A stretch of DNA of 64,000 nt from NCBI GenBank assembly GCA_050253075.1, contig JBFWJS010000001.1, forward strand, positions 320,001 through 384,000, read 5' to 3'. The DNA is from Deferribacterales bacterium. GTDB lineage: Bacteria > Chrysiogenota > Deferribacteres > Deferribacterales > Geovibrionaceae. A program made the translations under genes and the position numbers. Positions 50,462-60,718 of this stretch are shown here, one piece after another. The notes beneath the pieces were generated by a model, which ran no database searches, was not told the DNA's origin, and was given only the letters and a program-made list of their open reading frames with translations. Position 1 is the first letter of the stretch. Each line of letters begins with the position of its first letter.

Positions 50462-51888
50462 AGAGCATCCTCACATAGCTCGCCCAGCCTTCTGATACCG
50501 CTCTCTATCCTGTCGTCCATAGGGTATCCGCAGTTGATACGCATACAGTTGTTATACCTGTCCTGAGAGCTGAATATACCGCCCGGCGTGAAAGATATCT
50601 TCTCCTCCACTGCGTGTGCGAATATATCGCCCGTATCGATGCTTTCGGGGAGCTCCACCCACAGGACAAACCCGCCGTCAGGCTCCGAAACCTTTGTCCC
50701 CTTAGGGAAATATTTCAGTATCTTCATCTTATAGCTTTCGATCTGGTTACGGAATGCGTTGTTTATCTTACGCAGATGTCTCGGATATTTACCCGATGCG
50801 AGATAGTGCGCCATGGTCAGCTGGTTTATCTCACTGGTGGCGAGCGAGTTGGCTATCTTCTGCCTCAGTATCTGGTCGAAGTATTTCCCCGCCTCTATCC
50901 AGCCGATGCGCATGCCCGAGCTTATAGTTTTCGAAAAGGATGACACGTGGATAACATTACCCTCGGTGTCGTATTTCTTAAGGTTGCTTCCACGCCTGCT
51001 GCCATAGGCAAAGTCGCCGTTTATGTCGTCCTCTATGATAGGTACGTTGTATTTGCTGCATATCTCGACTATCTCTTTCTTTATCTCCTCGGGGTATGTA
51101 TGTCCGAGGGGATTGCCGAAGTTCGGCTGGAGCAGTACAGCCTTCACACCGTACTTCTTCACCGCCTGATGAAGGTCATCCACGTCTATCCCCCATTCGG
51201 GGCAGGTGGGCAGCTCCATAGCGAACACCTTGCTGGTCTCCAGCAGATGCATAAAGCCGAAATAGCTGGGTGACTCCATAACGATAAGGTCGCCCGGGCT
51301 GGTGAGAGCCCTCAGAGCGAGAGACATCCCTTCGGATGCGCCGTTTGTCACTATTATATTGTCCGAATGGACAGAGTTTCCGTTCATATTCATGTAAAAG
51401 GCTATCTGCTGGCGAAAGAACTTCGACCCCTGTGTGTCGCCGTATTCCATATTCTTATGGTCGCCCATATTCAGCACCCGCTTCATTATGCTGAGCAGTT
51501 CCTTATGCGGAAGCAGATCCGCCGAAGGGATAGCACAGCCGAGGGGGATGATGTCAGGCTCGACCATATCATGCAGAACCTTTTGTATCTGATCTGTATT
51601 GGTAACCTGCATTGGTTTGCTGCTGGGTGTACTTTTTGTGAGCTGTTCTTTCTGCTTATATGTGCCTTTCGATACGTAAAAGCCCGACTGGGGCTTTGCT
51701 TCGAGCATCCCTACAGACTCCAGCTCCATGTATGCTTGCATAACAGTTGATATACTTACAGATTGGTCGTCGCTCATCTTCCTCAGTGAGGGCACTTTAT
51801 CCCCCGGGCGCAGAACCTCATTTTGTACCATATTGACAATAACATCCATCACCTGACGGAATTTAAAATCCTGCTTTAACTTCGACAT
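50458..51888 (-). CDS. MocR-family regulator (GntR HTH + PLP aminotransferase domain)
   Basis: PGDKVPSLR...VSISTV.QAY..LE..G...PQSGFYV; IIEDD, SSFSKT...GMRIGW. Confidence 0.93.
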   Translation of the reverse strand: MSKLKQDFKFRQVMDVIVNMVQNEVLRPGDKVPSLRKMSDDQSVSISTVMQAYMELESVGMLEAKPQSGFYVSKGTYKQKEQLTKSTPSSKPMQVTNTDQIQKVLHDMVEPDIIPLGCAIPSADLLPHKELLSIMKRVLNMGDHKNMEYGDTQGSKFFRQQIAFYMNMNGNSVHSDNIIVTNGASEGMSLALRALTSPGDLIVMESPSYFGFMHLLETSKVFAMELPTCPEWGIDVDDLHQAVKKYGVKAVLLQPNFGNPLGHTYPEEIKKEIVEICSKYNVPIIEDDINGDFAYGSRRGSNLKKYDTEGNVIHVSSFSKTISSGMRIGWIEAGKYFDQILRQKIANSLATSEINQLTMAHYLASGKYPRHLRKINNAFRNQIESYKMKILKYFPKGTKVSEPDGGFVLWVELPESIDTGDIFAHAVEEKISFTPGGIFSSQDRYNNCMRINCGYPMDDRIESGIRRLGELCEDAL

Positions 51889-51897
51889 GAACACCTC

Positions 51898-51947
51898 AAC
51901 TGTTATGGTAACATTTTCTGTTTTCTGTATCTGTTATGATAACTGTT
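51898..51947. promoter_or_regulatory. Putative MocR operator direct repeats
   Basis: CTGTTATG at 51900 and 51931 (31 bp apart) plus further (AA)CTGT repeats in the divergent promoter. Confidence 0.5.
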
Positions 51948-51989
51948 TACTTTATATATTACAATCACAAAATGAATGAGGGTAGCGAC

Positions 51990-52253
51990 ATGACATTTAA
52001 ATCAGAAAGGGAGCTTAAACGTTTTCAGGTTTTATCCATCGTAAAACAAAAGTACACAACCATCCAGTGTTACAAAGGATCACTCTGGCTCACAGCCGGC
52101 GCTGACTTTGACGACATAGTTCTTAAAAGCGGTCAGCACATCACACTTGTGAACCACGGCCACATCGTTGTGGAAGCCCTTGAAGATGCCTCTGTTATGT
52201 TTGCACACACCGCCCCTGCCTGCGAAACGCAGCAGGAGCCCGCACTCGTTTAA
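51990..52253 (+). CDS. DUF2917 (cupin-like) small protein
   Basis: C..GSLWLT...D.DIVL..GQ...VVEAL; divergent from MocR; start at MTFK after GAGGG. Confidence 0.78.
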   Translation: MTFKSERELKRFQVLSIVKQKYTTIQCYKGSLWLTAGADFDDIVLKSGQHITLVNHGHIVVEALEDASVMFAHTAPACETQQEPALV

Positions 52254-52268
52254 TTTTTGAAACTGCTC

Positions 52269-52376
52269 TTATAAGGTGCAGGATGCACCTCTCGGAGCGA
52301 ACCTAAGACGGCTTTGCCGTTCTGAGGTTTCAGCGGAGAGGAAGTGTGGCTGATACTTGTACAGACACGCTTATAA
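52269..52376. repeat. TTATAA-bounded structured intergenic element
   Basis: TTATAAG-GTG...CAC-G-CTTATAA closing stem; internal AGGTGCA-GGA-TGCACCT, CCTCTC/GAGAGG, AACCT/AGGTT and GACGGC/GCCGTT stems. Confidence 0.55.
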
Positions 52377-52589
52377 AACAAAAAACTTAGGACAAGTTTT
52401 TTGTTACACACAATAGTGACACGGCACGGGCTTGCCGAATTTATAAATGCGATTGTAAAGTTCACTATATTTATCAAACGTTAGTCTTTGGGCACAGTAT
52501 ATAAGGAACGTTTCTTCGGGCTGTTGAAACGTCCGGATGCTGTGCCCTCTACCATTTCATGCTATACTCCTTTTAAACAGGGGTACGTT

Positions 52590-53414
52590 ATGGAAGAGCT
52601 CAGAGAGATAATCAAAAATTCAGCTTCATGTCTTTTTCTCACCAGTGCGGGGATGAGCGCAGACAGCGGTATACCCACATTCAGAGACCGTGAGGGATAC
52701 TGGCGGAACTTCCCAATTTTCAAAGAAAAAGGACTACAGCCGCAGGAGCTCGCCTCACCGCAGTCTTTCCGTGTACAGGCGCACCACAGCTGGGCATTCT
52801 ATGAATGGCGCAGGCGCAACGCACGGGAGAACTCCCCCCATCAGGGCTATGACATAGTCAACGACATGATGGAAAACTATTTCAAACATTCATTCATACA
52901 CACCACCAACACAGACGGATATCACCTGATCAGCGGATGTGACAAATCAAAGGTGATGGAGGTACACGGCTCTATCTGGCGGGTGCAGTGCATGAACGGC
53001 ATGAGCTGCCGATATATGTATGAAGAGAATAACGAAGTACCGCTCTGTGATCTGGACTACGAGACAATGTCCGCATCAAACATGCCCCACTGCCCACACT
53101 GCGGGTCGCTCATCCGCCCGAATGTGCTTATGTTCGGCGACTGGGAGTATGTGGACCACATGCACCACTATCACAATTTTCAGGCGTTTGTGCAGGATGT
53201 TCGTGTACCCGACCTGATATTCCTCGTGGGATCGTCCAGCGAGATACCCACCAACGACTACATAGCGAAAAAGTTTCAGTCGGGCGGAGCAAAGGTTGTC
53301 ACCATAAACCCCGACCCGGCCTCCACACGTGTCTGCACACCTGACGTATATATACAGACGGGTGCTCTCGATGCTTTCCTGCGGATAGGCGAAATACTCG
53401 ATTCCATACGATAA
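52590..53414 (+). CDS. Sir2-family NAD-dependent protein deacylase
   Basis: SAGMSADSGIPTFR, TNTDGYH, EVHGS, zinc Cys pairs, RPNVLMFGD, VGSS, INP; start at MEELR. Confidence 0.9.
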   Translation: MEELREIIKNSASCLFLTSAGMSADSGIPTFRDREGYWRNFPIFKEKGLQPQELASPQSFRVQAHHSWAFYEWRRRNARENSPHQGYDIVNDMMENYFKHSFIHTTNTDGYHLISGCDKSKVMEVHGSIWRVQCMNGMSCRYMYEENNEVPLCDLDYETMSASNMPHCPHCGSLIRPNVLMFGDWEYVDHMHHYHNFQAFVQDVRVPDLIFLVGSSSEIPTNDYIAKKFQSGGAKVVTINPDPASTRVCTPDVYIQTGALDAFLRIGEILDSIR

Positions 53415-53443
53415 TTTCATCTGAAAAACACCTCAAAAAAACC

Positions 53444-53472
53444 TTGACACAAAACGAGTGAATTCTTATTCT
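53444..53472 (+). promoter_or_regulatory. sigma70 promoter of the hrcA operon
   Basis: TTGACA (53444)-17 bp-TATTCT (53467) directly upstream of CIRCE. Confidence 0.75.
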
Positions 53473-53479
53473 ATCACTG

Positions 53480-53506
53480 TTAGCACTCAACAGTGCCGAG
53501 TGCTAA
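53480..53506. promoter_or_regulatory. CIRCE element (HrcA operator)
   Basis: Perfect TTAGCACTC-N9-GAGTGCTAA upstream of hrcA. Confidence 0.97.
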
Positions 53507-53519
53507 TAAACAAAAAACG

Positions 53520-53613
53520 GTCATTGCGAGGAAGGCTTTAGTCTGACGACGCAATCTTCCAAATGAATTGAATCAATTGACTTGGAAGACTGCTGCGCTT
53601 CGCTCACATTGAC
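53520..53613. repeat. GTCAT...ATGAC-type palindromic element, copy 3 (hrcA leader)
   Basis: GTCATTGCGAGG...GCAATCTTCCAA...TTGGAAGACTGC...CTCACATTGAC. Confidence 0.7.
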
Positions 53614-53634
53614 AAAAGCGGGACTGAGGTAAAA

Positions 53635-54675
53635 ATGTCTTTTCTGAATGAAAGAGAAGAAATTGTACTAAAAACCATTATTGAAGAATTTGTGCAGAGC
53701 AACGAACCGGTTGGATCACGTTTCATCTCCAAAGCCGGCCCGTTGAAGCTCGGCCCCGCATCGATAAGAAACATTATGAGTGACCTAGAGGACAAAGGCT
53801 ACATCATGCAGCCGCACACATCCTCGGGACGTGTCCCTTCAGACGAAGGATACAGATATTATATAGACAAGCTCGTGACGTTCGACGCTGATAAGGAAAC
53901 TATCATAAACAGCCTAAAGGCTGAATGCAGTGCGGACAACATAAACGGTGTGCTCAAAAAGGTGAGCGACAACCTCGGCAGGCTCACACGCTCTGTCGGC
54001 TTTGTCATTTCGCCTAAGCTGAACACCATGCTGTTGAAGCACATAGAGTTTGTCAGGCTGAATGCAGCCACAGTCCTAGCTGTTGTCGTAGCCCGTACAG
54101 GCATCGTGCATAACGTCATGATAGAAGTACCGCCTTCGACCACAGACTCAGAGCTCACACAGGTGAGCAACTATCTCAACCACCACTTTTCAAACAAGAG
54201 CCTTATGGAGCTCAAAAGCGAGATAGTCGAAGAGATGAAGGACGACAAAAAAGTTATGGATCACCTCTTCCGCAATGTTTCGACAATGGCGGAGGCTGTG
54301 TTTTCAAAGAGCGGAGACGACTCCGACATTTTTATGAGCAGCACATCGGGCATACTGGACCTCCCCGAGTTCAGCGATGTTTCCCGCCTGAAGAGTCTGC
54401 TCGGCACATTTGAAGAGAAGAAGTTCATCTTTGACATTCTGGATAAATGCCAGAATGAGAAAGGTGTGAATATATTCGTAGGGACAGAGATCGGGCGTGA
54501 GGAGATATCAGAGCTGGGTCTGGTGACAAAGACATACTCCAGAGGCGGAAACGTCGTGGGGATGCTCGGCATCATCGGGCCGAAACGTATGAAATACTCC
54601 GATGTCGTAAATGTTGTCGACTGTTCCGCTGAGATAGTATCAGACATCTTAGGCAAATTTTTAGAGAGCAAGTGA
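53635..54675 (+). CDS. hrcA: Heat-inducible transcription repressor HrcA
   Basis: PVGS, ASIRNIMSDLE, QPHTSSGRVPS..GYR, GIIGPKRM.Y; CIRCE upstream. Confidence 0.96.
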   Translation: MSFLNEREEIVLKTIIEEFVQSNEPVGSRFISKAGPLKLGPASIRNIMSDLEDKGYIMQPHTSSGRVPSDEGYRYYIDKLVTFDADKETIINSLKAECSADNINGVLKKVSDNLGRLTRSVGFVISPKLNTMLLKHIEFVRLNAATVLAVVVARTGIVHNVMIEVPPSTTDSELTQVSNYLNHHFSNKSLMELKSEIVEEMKDDKKVMDHLFRNVSTMAEAVFSKSGDDSDIFMSSTSGILDLPEFSDVSRLKSLLGTFEEKKFIFDILDKCQNEKGVNIFVGTEIGREEISELGLVTKTYSRGGNVVGMLGIIGPKRMKYSDVVNVVDCSAEIVSDILGKFLESK

Positions 54676-54683
54676 GGATATAG

Positions 54684-55223
54684 ATGGAAGAAATGAAGGA
54701 CGAGCAGGTTAAAGACCAGCAGGAAGAGTCCGCAAACGAAGGCAAAAGCGAGATAGAGATTCTGCAGGAGCAGAACATGCGTCTCCTCGATCAGGTGGCA
54801 GATTCGAAGGATAAAGAGCTTCGTGCCGTTGCCGAGATGGAGAACGTGCGCAAGAGACTGGTGAAGGAGTTCGACGATAAGCTGAAATTCTCCAACCAGA
54901 ACCTTATCGCAGGGCTTTTCCCCGTTATGGACAATTTTGAAACATCTCTCAGCCATATCAATCCGGATAATCCGGTTGAGTCCCTTAAGGAAGGCGTGGA
55001 GCTGACACTTAAGCAGATGAGAGAAGTTCTCGAAAAATTCGGTCTGGAGGAGATCGCCCTTGAAGTAGGCGAAGAGTTCAACCCTCTCTACCACGAAGCG
55101 CTCATGGTGGAGGCAAACCCCGAGTACGAGAACAACGCAGTGCTTATGATACTACAGAAGGGATACAAGCTGCACGGACGTGTGGTGCGCCCTTCAAAGG
55201 TTAAAGTAAATAAACTGAGCTAA
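54684..55223 (+). CDS. grpE: Nucleotide exchange factor GrpE
   Basis: RAVAEMENVRKR, FNPLYHEA, QKGYKLHGRVVRPSKVKV. Confidence 0.96.
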   Translation: MEEMKDEQVKDQQEESANEGKSEIEILQEQNMRLLDQVADSKDKELRAVAEMENVRKRLVKEFDDKLKFSNQNLIAGLFPVMDNFETSLSHINPDNPVESLKEGVELTLKQMREVLEKFGLEEIALEVGEEFNPLYHEALMVEANPEYENNAVLMILQKGYKLHGRVVRPSKVKVNKLS

Positions 55224-55228
55224 TCTCT

Positions 55229-55307
55229 GTCTGAGCCGAGGCCCCGGCGAAGTATCTATCCCTGCAAAGGGTTCGGATTCTTCGGTCGTTACACCCCTCA
55301 GAATGAC
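55229..55307. repeat. CTGAG...CTCAGAATGAC palindromic element, copy 4 (grpE-dnaK)
   Basis: CTGAGCCG...GGCGAAGTATCT...GGATTCTTCGGTCG...CTCAGAATGAC. Confidence 0.62.
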
Positions 55308-55361
55308 GGATTTGAATCCGGATGAAACAAAAATATATATAGAAGAAAGGAGATAATTAAA

Positions 55362-57296
55362 ATGGCTACTAAATCTCAAAAAGTTATCGGTATCGACCTT
55401 GGTACAACAAACTCCTGTGTATCTATCATGGAGGGCGGAAAGCCTAAGGTTATCGCAAATGCAGAAGGAACACTTACAACTCCTTCCGTTGTTGCTTTCA
55501 CCGACTCAGACAAGCTCGTTGGTCAGCTTGCAAAACGTCAGGCCATCACAAACCCGGAGAACACTATATTCTCCATAAAAAGACTTATAGGTAGAAAAGT
55601 AGATGCGAAGGAAGTGGCAAAAGCCAAAGACATCCTCCCCTACAAGATCGTCCCTTCGGACAATCAGGACGCATGGGTAGAGGTAAAAGGCAAAAAGTAT
55701 GCTCCACAGGAGATATCTGCCATGATCCTTCAGAAGCTGAAATCCACAGCAGAAGACTACCTCGGCGAAACTGTCACAGAGGCTGTTATCACTGTACCTG
55801 CATACTTCAACGATGCACAGCGTCAGGCTACAAAAGACGCAGGCAAGATCGCAGGACTTAATGTCCAGCGTATCATCAACGAGCCGACAGCAGCAGCCCT
55901 CGCTTACGGTATGGATAAAAAGCACGATCAGAAGATCGCTGTATACGACCTCGGCGGCGGTACATTCGACGTATCTATCCTTGAGCTCGGCGACGGCGTT
56001 TTCGAAGTTAAGTCTACTAACGGTGATACATTCCTCGGCGGTGACGACTTCGACATGCGCATAGTTGAATGGCTCATAGACGAGTTCAGAAAAGATAACG
56101 GACTCGACCTTAAAAATGACAAAATGGCTCTTCAGCGTCTGAAAGAAGCTGCTGAAAAAGCTAAGCACGAACTTTCCACAGCGGGTGAGACAGAGATCAA
56201 CCTTCCGTTCATCACAGCGGATGCTTCCGGTCCTAAGCACCTTGTTGTTAAGCTGTCCAGAAGCAAATTCGAGTCTCTAGTAGGCGACCTTGTTGAAAAC
56301 TCTCTCGAGCCGTGCAAGCTCGCTCTTAAAGATGCGAACCTCTCTGCTTCTCAGATAGACGAAGTTATCCTTGTGGGCGGTATGACACGTATGCCTCTCG
56401 TACAGAAGCGTGTTAAAGAATTCTTCGGCAAAGAACCTCATAAAGGTATCAACCCTGACGAAGTTGTTGCGGTCGGTGCTGCTATCCAGGGTGCTGTTCT
56501 CGCAGGTGACGTGAAGGACGTTCTCCTTCTCGACGTTACACCGCTTTCTCTCGGTATCGAGACTCTCGGCGGAGTAATGACAAAGGTCATCACAAGAAAC
56601 ACAACAATCCCTGCACGTCAGTCTCAGGTGTTCACAACTGCTGCAGACAGCCAGACATCTGTTACTATATCAGTGCTTCAGGGTGAGCGTGAAATGTCTG
56701 CGGATAACAAATCCATCGGACGTTTCGACCTCGTAGGTATCCCTGCTGCTCCACGCGGTATCCCACAGATCGAGGTTACATTCGATATCGATGCAAACGG
56801 TATCCTCCATGTTTCCGCTAAAGATCAGGGAACAGGCAAGGAACAGTCCATCCGCATCACTCCTACAAGCGGTCTGTCCGATGAGGAGATCGATCAGATG
56901 GTAAAAGATGCCGAGATCAACGCCGAAGCAGATAAGAAGAAGAAAGAGCTCGTCGAGGTTAAAAACCAGGCGGACACTCTCATCTACTCCACAGAGAAAT
57001 CTCTGGCAGAGCACGGCGATAAAGTAGACGAAGGCACAAAGAAAGCTATCGAAGAATCACTTCAGGAACTGAAAGACGCCAACGCAGGCGACAACGCAGA
57101 TGCTATCAAAGCTGCTATAGACAAGCTGACACAGTCTGCCCATAAGCTCGCTGAGGAGATCTACAAAGATGCTCAGGCTCAGAACGCACAAAATGCAGAA
57201 GCAGGCGCAGAAGGCGCAGGCGATGCGGGTGTCGAGAAACCTGCCGACGATGTTGTAGATGCTGAATTCGAAGAAGTAAACGACGACAAGAAATAA
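55362..57296 (+). CDS. dnaK: Chaperone DnaK
   Basis: [40 protein letters not shown]. Confidence 0.98.
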   Translation: MATKSQKVIGIDLGTTNSCVSIMEGGKPKVIANAEGTLTTPSVVAFTDSDKLVGQLAKRQAITNPENTIFSIKRLIGRKVDAKEVAKAKDILPYKIVPSDNQDAWVEVKGKKYAPQEISAMILQKLKSTAEDYLGETVTEAVITVPAYFNDAQRQATKDAGKIAGLNVQRIINEPTAAALAYGMDKKHDQKIAVYDLGGGTFDVSILELGDGVFEVKSTNGDTFLGGDDFDMRIVEWLIDEFRKDNGLDLKNDKMALQRLKEAAEKAKHELSTAGETEINLPFITADASGPKHLVVKLSRSKFESLVGDLVENSLEPCKLALKDANLSASQIDEVILVGGMTRMPLVQKRVKEFFGKEPHKGINPDEVVAVGAAIQGAVLAGDVKDVLLLDVTPLSLGIETLGGVMTKVITRNTTIPARQSQVFTTAADSQTSVTISVLQGEREMSADNKSIGRFDLVGIPAAPRGIPQIEVTFDIDANGILHVSAKDQGTGKEQSIRITPTSGLSDEEIDQMVKDAEINAEADKKKKELVEVKNQADTLIYSTEKSLAEHGDKVDEGTKKAIEESLQELKDANAGDNADAIKAAIDKLTQSAHKLAEEIYKDAQAQNAQNAEAGAEGAGDAGVEKPADDVVDAEFEEVNDDKK

Positions 57297-57317
57297 GTCC
57301 TGACGGGGCTTTTGATC

Positions 57318-57351
57318 AGGGTGGCACTGTATTTGTGCCACCCTATTTTTT
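57318..57351 (+). terminator. Intrinsic terminator/attenuator between dnaK and dnaJ
   Basis: AGGGTGGCAC-loop-GTGCCACCCT followed by ATTTTTT. Confidence 0.8.
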
Positions 57352-57354
57352 ACA

Positions 57355-57418
57355 GTAATCCTGAGCCAAGCGAAGATTCCGAAAATGTTTTCAGATTCCT
57401 CACTTTGTTCAGAATGAC
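57355..57418. repeat. GT(A/C)ATCCTGAG...TTCAGAATGAC palindromic element, copy 5 (dnaK-dnaJ)
   Basis: GTAATCCTGAGCCAAGCGAAGATTCC...AGATTCCTCACTTTGTTCAGAATGAC. Confidence 0.65.
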
Positions 57419-57436
57419 AGAATAGGTGATTTTAAC

Positions 57437-58549
57437 ATGTCCAAAGACTATTATGAGATATTAGGCGTAAACCGAAACGCCACAGAATCCGAACTGAAAA
57501 AAGCATACCGTAAGCTCGCTATGGAATACCACCCGGACAGAAACCCGGGCAATGAAGAGGCAGAGGCAAAGTTTCGTGAGATAAACGAGGCGTATCAGGT
57601 GCTCTCTGACGGGACAAAGCGTTCGCAGTATGACCAGTACGGACGTGTCTTTGATGAAAATCAGGGATTCGGCGGCGGAGGCGGCTTCAGCGGCGACACT
57701 ATCTTTGAAGAGTTCTTTGGCGATGTTTTCGGCGATTTCTTCGGCACCACGGGGAATACAAAGCGCAAGCGCAGACCGCAGAAGGGACAGTCCATACAAT
57801 ACGACATGGAGATAACCTTCATGGAGGCTGCTTTCGGTGTGGAAAAAGAGATAGAGATACCTCTCACCGAAAACTGTAAGCGATGCGACGGCTCAGGCGC
57901 AGAACCGGGCGCTATGGAGACATGTCCAACATGCCACGGTTCAGGTACTATCCAGCGCAGGCAGGGACTCTTCGCCATCAGCACTCCATGCTCCAACTGC
58001 GGAGGCTCTGGCCAGGTGATAAAGGAAGTGTGTACCGAGTGTAAAGGCGCAGGCACACACAGGGTGAAAAGCAAAATAAACCTCAAAGTACCCGCAGGGA
58101 TCGAAAGCGGCATGACCCTCCGTGTGAACGGAAAAGGCAACGCAGGGATGAACGGCGGACCAAACGGCGACCTATACGTAGAGATAACCGTTATAGAGCA
58201 TGATTTCTTCCGCAGAGAAGGGAGAGACGTCTTCGTAGAGCTCCCGATATCATTCGTCGATGCCATCATTGGTAAAGAGATAGAGATATCCACACTGGAC
58301 GGCAAAGAGAAGATAGAGATAAAAGCAGGCACACAGCCCGGCGACCGCATTGTACTCAGGGGGAAAGGTCTCCCCGATGTGCAGGGATACGGCGTGGGCA
58401 ATATGAATATAGATATAAAAGTTCTCCTCCCGACAAAGCTCACAAAGGAGCAGAAGGACCTCTTACAGCAGTTTGACGGTGCGACCACAGAGGATAACTA
58501 CTCATCCCACAAATCATTCTGGGACAAGCTGAAAGATTTTATAAGCTGA
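57437..58549 (+). CDS. dnaJ: Chaperone DnaJ
   Basis: J-domain HPD, G/F region, four CxxCxGxG repeats. Confidence 0.97.
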   Translation: MSKDYYEILGVNRNATESELKKAYRKLAMEYHPDRNPGNEEAEAKFREINEAYQVLSDGTKRSQYDQYGRVFDENQGFGGGGGFSGDTIFEEFFGDVFGDFFGTTGNTKRKRRPQKGQSIQYDMEITFMEAAFGVEKEIEIPLTENCKRCDGSGAEPGAMETCPTCHGSGTIQRRQGLFAISTPCSNCGGSGQVIKEVCTECKGAGTHRVKSKINLKVPAGIESGMTLRVNGKGNAGMNGGPNGDLYVEITVIEHDFFRREGRDVFVELPISFVDAIIGKEIEISTLDGKEKIEIKAGTQPGDRIVLRGKGLPDVQGYGVGNMNIDIKVLLPTKLTKEQKDLLQQFDGATTEDNYSSHKSFWDKLKDFIS

Positions 58550-59057
58550 TATCTTCGGACTTTTTTTCCTTTTGCAGCTGCTTTATCACAGGGCACTGCA
58601 CGCCGATAGCACTGACCAGCAGGGCTGCGACTATACCGACGGTTACCTCGATGAATCTGTCGAATCCGATGCGCCATGCTATCTCGCTGTGGGGCATCAG
58701 CAGTATGATGGTAAACGTGACACCGCCGAGCCTGTATGCGCTCATGGTCAGCCTCAATGCATGGCATATGGTCCCCAGCATAAAGACGCCCAGCGTATAG
58801 TTCCATATGTATACATCGCTGAAGACAAAATCAAAAACACCCGCAAACATCACACCGATAAACGTACCGATCAGCCTCTGCTTTGATATGTCCCAAGACT
58901 GCCCCAGCGTAGACTGCATCACGATGATGGCGGATATCGGAGCCCAGTAAAACTCTGCGAGCCCCAAAAGCTTTGCCACTGCGAGCGAGACCATCACAGC
59001 AAGAGCTGTCCTGAAAGAGTGCATGAACCACTTGTCGTTCAATATTTTCTTTAGCAA
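58539..59057 (-). CDS. FUSC / aromatic acid exporter family membrane protein
   Basis: [12 protein letters not shown]...RLIGT.IG...RFIEV..G. Confidence 0.78.
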   Translation of the reverse strand: MLKKILNDKWFMHSFRTALAVMVSLAVAKLLGLAEFYWAPISAIIVMQSTLGQSWDISKQRLIGTFIGVMFAGVFDFVFSDVYIWNYTLGVFMLGTICHALRLTMSAYRLGGVTFTIILLMPHSEIAWRIGFDRFIEVTVGIVAALLVSAIGVQCPVIKQLQKEKKSEDISL

Positions 59058-59138
59058 AATAATATACCTCTATTTAATAGAGTATATATCGGCAGGAATT
59101 CTTTGTACCTTTTATTTTACCTGAATATAGTTTTTAGT

Positions 59139-59249
59139 ATCCGCAGATGCGGAGGTAAAATTGGCGGTGAAGACGGCGCTGCGGAGCTGCTCGGACTGAA
59201 TCTGAGCACCCTAAGGGGAAAAATGCGGAAATACGGCATAAAATCCTGA
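59139..59249 (+). pseudogene. Remnant Fis-type HTH of a sigma54-dependent activator
   Basis: Manual translation IRRCGGKIGGEDGAAELLGLNLSTLRGKMRKYGIKS*; no AAA+ domain upstream. Confidence 0.7.
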
Positions 59250-59332
59250 TAGAATCAGCGTTTTAAACGAATTCCATTGTAATTTGTTATCAAGTATAAT
59301 ATAAAACAACATACATTATTAGAGGTAGAAAT

Positions 59333-60718
59333 ATGTCTGAAAAGATGTGGGGCGGAAGGTTTTCTCTGCCTACAGATAAATTTGTGGAAGAATTCAATGC
59401 ATCTGTTCATTTCGATAACAGATTTTATAAATACGATATCAAAGGGAGCATGGCACACGCAAAAATGCTGGCAAAGCAGGGTGTCATATCCGAAGCTGAC
59501 CGTGACGCCATCCTCAAGGGTCTAGACCAGGTTCTGTCTGAGATAGAATCAGGACAGTTCGCATGGAGAACAGAGGACGAGGATGTACACATGGCTGTCG
59601 AAAAACGCCTGACAGAGATAGTGGGCGATGCGGGCAAGAGACTGCACACAGCCAGAAGCAGAAACGATCAGGTCGCCGTGGATTTCCGCATGTATCTGAA
59701 GTCTGAGATAGTAGAAATTCAGGCGCTCATAGCTGAACTGCTGAAAACTCTCGTACAGAAAGCAGACGGTGATAAAGAGACAATGATGCCAGGCTTCACA
59801 CACCTGCAGACGGCACAGCCTATCCTCTTCGCACACTGGCTGATGGCATACTTTCAGATGGTTAAAAGGGACTACGGCAGATTCGCCGATTGTCTCGAGC
59901 GTATGGACTACTGTCCCCTTGGCGCAGGCGCTCTTGCGGGTACCACATTCGACATAGACAGACACTTCACTGCTGCCGAGCTCGGCTTCAAAGCCCCTAC
60001 GGAAAACAGTCTCGACTCCGTATCAGACAGAGACTTTGCAATAGAGTTCCTCTCTGCATGCTCTATCTGTCAGATGCACCTTTCCAGATTTTCCGAAGAA
60101 CTGATAATATACTCCACATCGGAGTTCAGCTTTATAGAACTTTCAGACGACTTCTGCACGGGCTCATCCATCATGCCTCAGAAGAAAAACCCTGACATGC
60201 CAGAGCTCATCAGAGGCAAGACAGGGCGTGTGTACGGCAGCCTCATAAGCATGCTGACCACTATGAAAGGACTTCCGCTCGCTTACAACAAAGACATGCA
60301 GGAAGATAAGGAGCCTGTCTTCGACGCACTTGACACCCTCAAGGCGTCTCTGAAGATATTCGCCCCGATGATAGAGAAGATGAAGCTGAGACCTGAAAAA
60401 ATGGAAAAAGCAGCAGGAGCAGGATACTCCACTGCCACAGACCTCGCCGATTACCTCGTGCGCAAGGGACTGCCTTTCCGTCAGTGTCACCACATAGTAG
60501 GCTCAGCCGTCGCATACGCCATCGAAAAAGGCGTTGACCTCAGCGAACTTACCCTTGATGAATTCAGCAGATTCACTGATGTTATAACAGAAGATATATA
60601 TCAGTACATAACAGTCAGAGCATCCGTAAACAGCCGTACGGCAACAGGCGGCACAGCGGAAAGCTCCGTAAAAGAGCAGATAAAGGCTGCGACAAAATAC
60701 GTAAATGAAATATTTTAG
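59333..60718 (+). CDS. argH: Argininosuccinate lyase
   Basis: [46 protein letters not shown]. Confidence 0.97.
   Translation: MSEKMWGGRFSLPTDKFVEEFNASVHFDNRFYKYDIKGSMAHAKMLAKQGVISEADRDAILKGLDQVLSEIESGQFAWRTEDEDVHMAVEKRLTEIVGDAGKRLHTARSRNDQVAVDFRMYLKSEIVEIQALIAELLKTLVQKADGDKETMMPGFTHLQTAQPILFAHWLMAYFQMVKRDYGRFADCLERMDYCPLGAGALAGTTFDIDRHFTAAELGFKAPTENSLDSVSDRDFAIEFLSACSICQMHLSRFSEELIIYSTSEFSFIELSDDFCTGSSIMPQKKNPDMPELIRGKTGRVYGSLISMLTTMKGLPLAYNKDMQEDKEPVFDALDTLKASLKIFAPMIEKMKLRPEKMEKAAGAGYSTATDLADYLVRKGLPFRQCHHIVGSAVAYAIEKGVDLSELTLDEFSRFTDVITEDIYQYITVRASVNSRTATGGTAESSVKEQIKAATKYVNEIF

Noticed and set aside
52269..52376. Possible glycine or c-di-GMP riboswitch, SRP RNA or 6S RNA
   Set aside because: The conserved cores of these families were not found on either strand; kept only as an unassigned structured element
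52590..53414. Sir2 protein as an anti-phage (Thoeris/DSR-type) effector
   Set aside because: It has the zinc-binding insert and size of a standalone deacylase, with no defence partner genes nearby
54261..58488. Long minus-strand ORFs opposite hrcA, grpE, dnaK and dnaJ
   Set aside because: Antisense ORFs opposite conserved chaperone genes are a well-known artefact; no domain evidence
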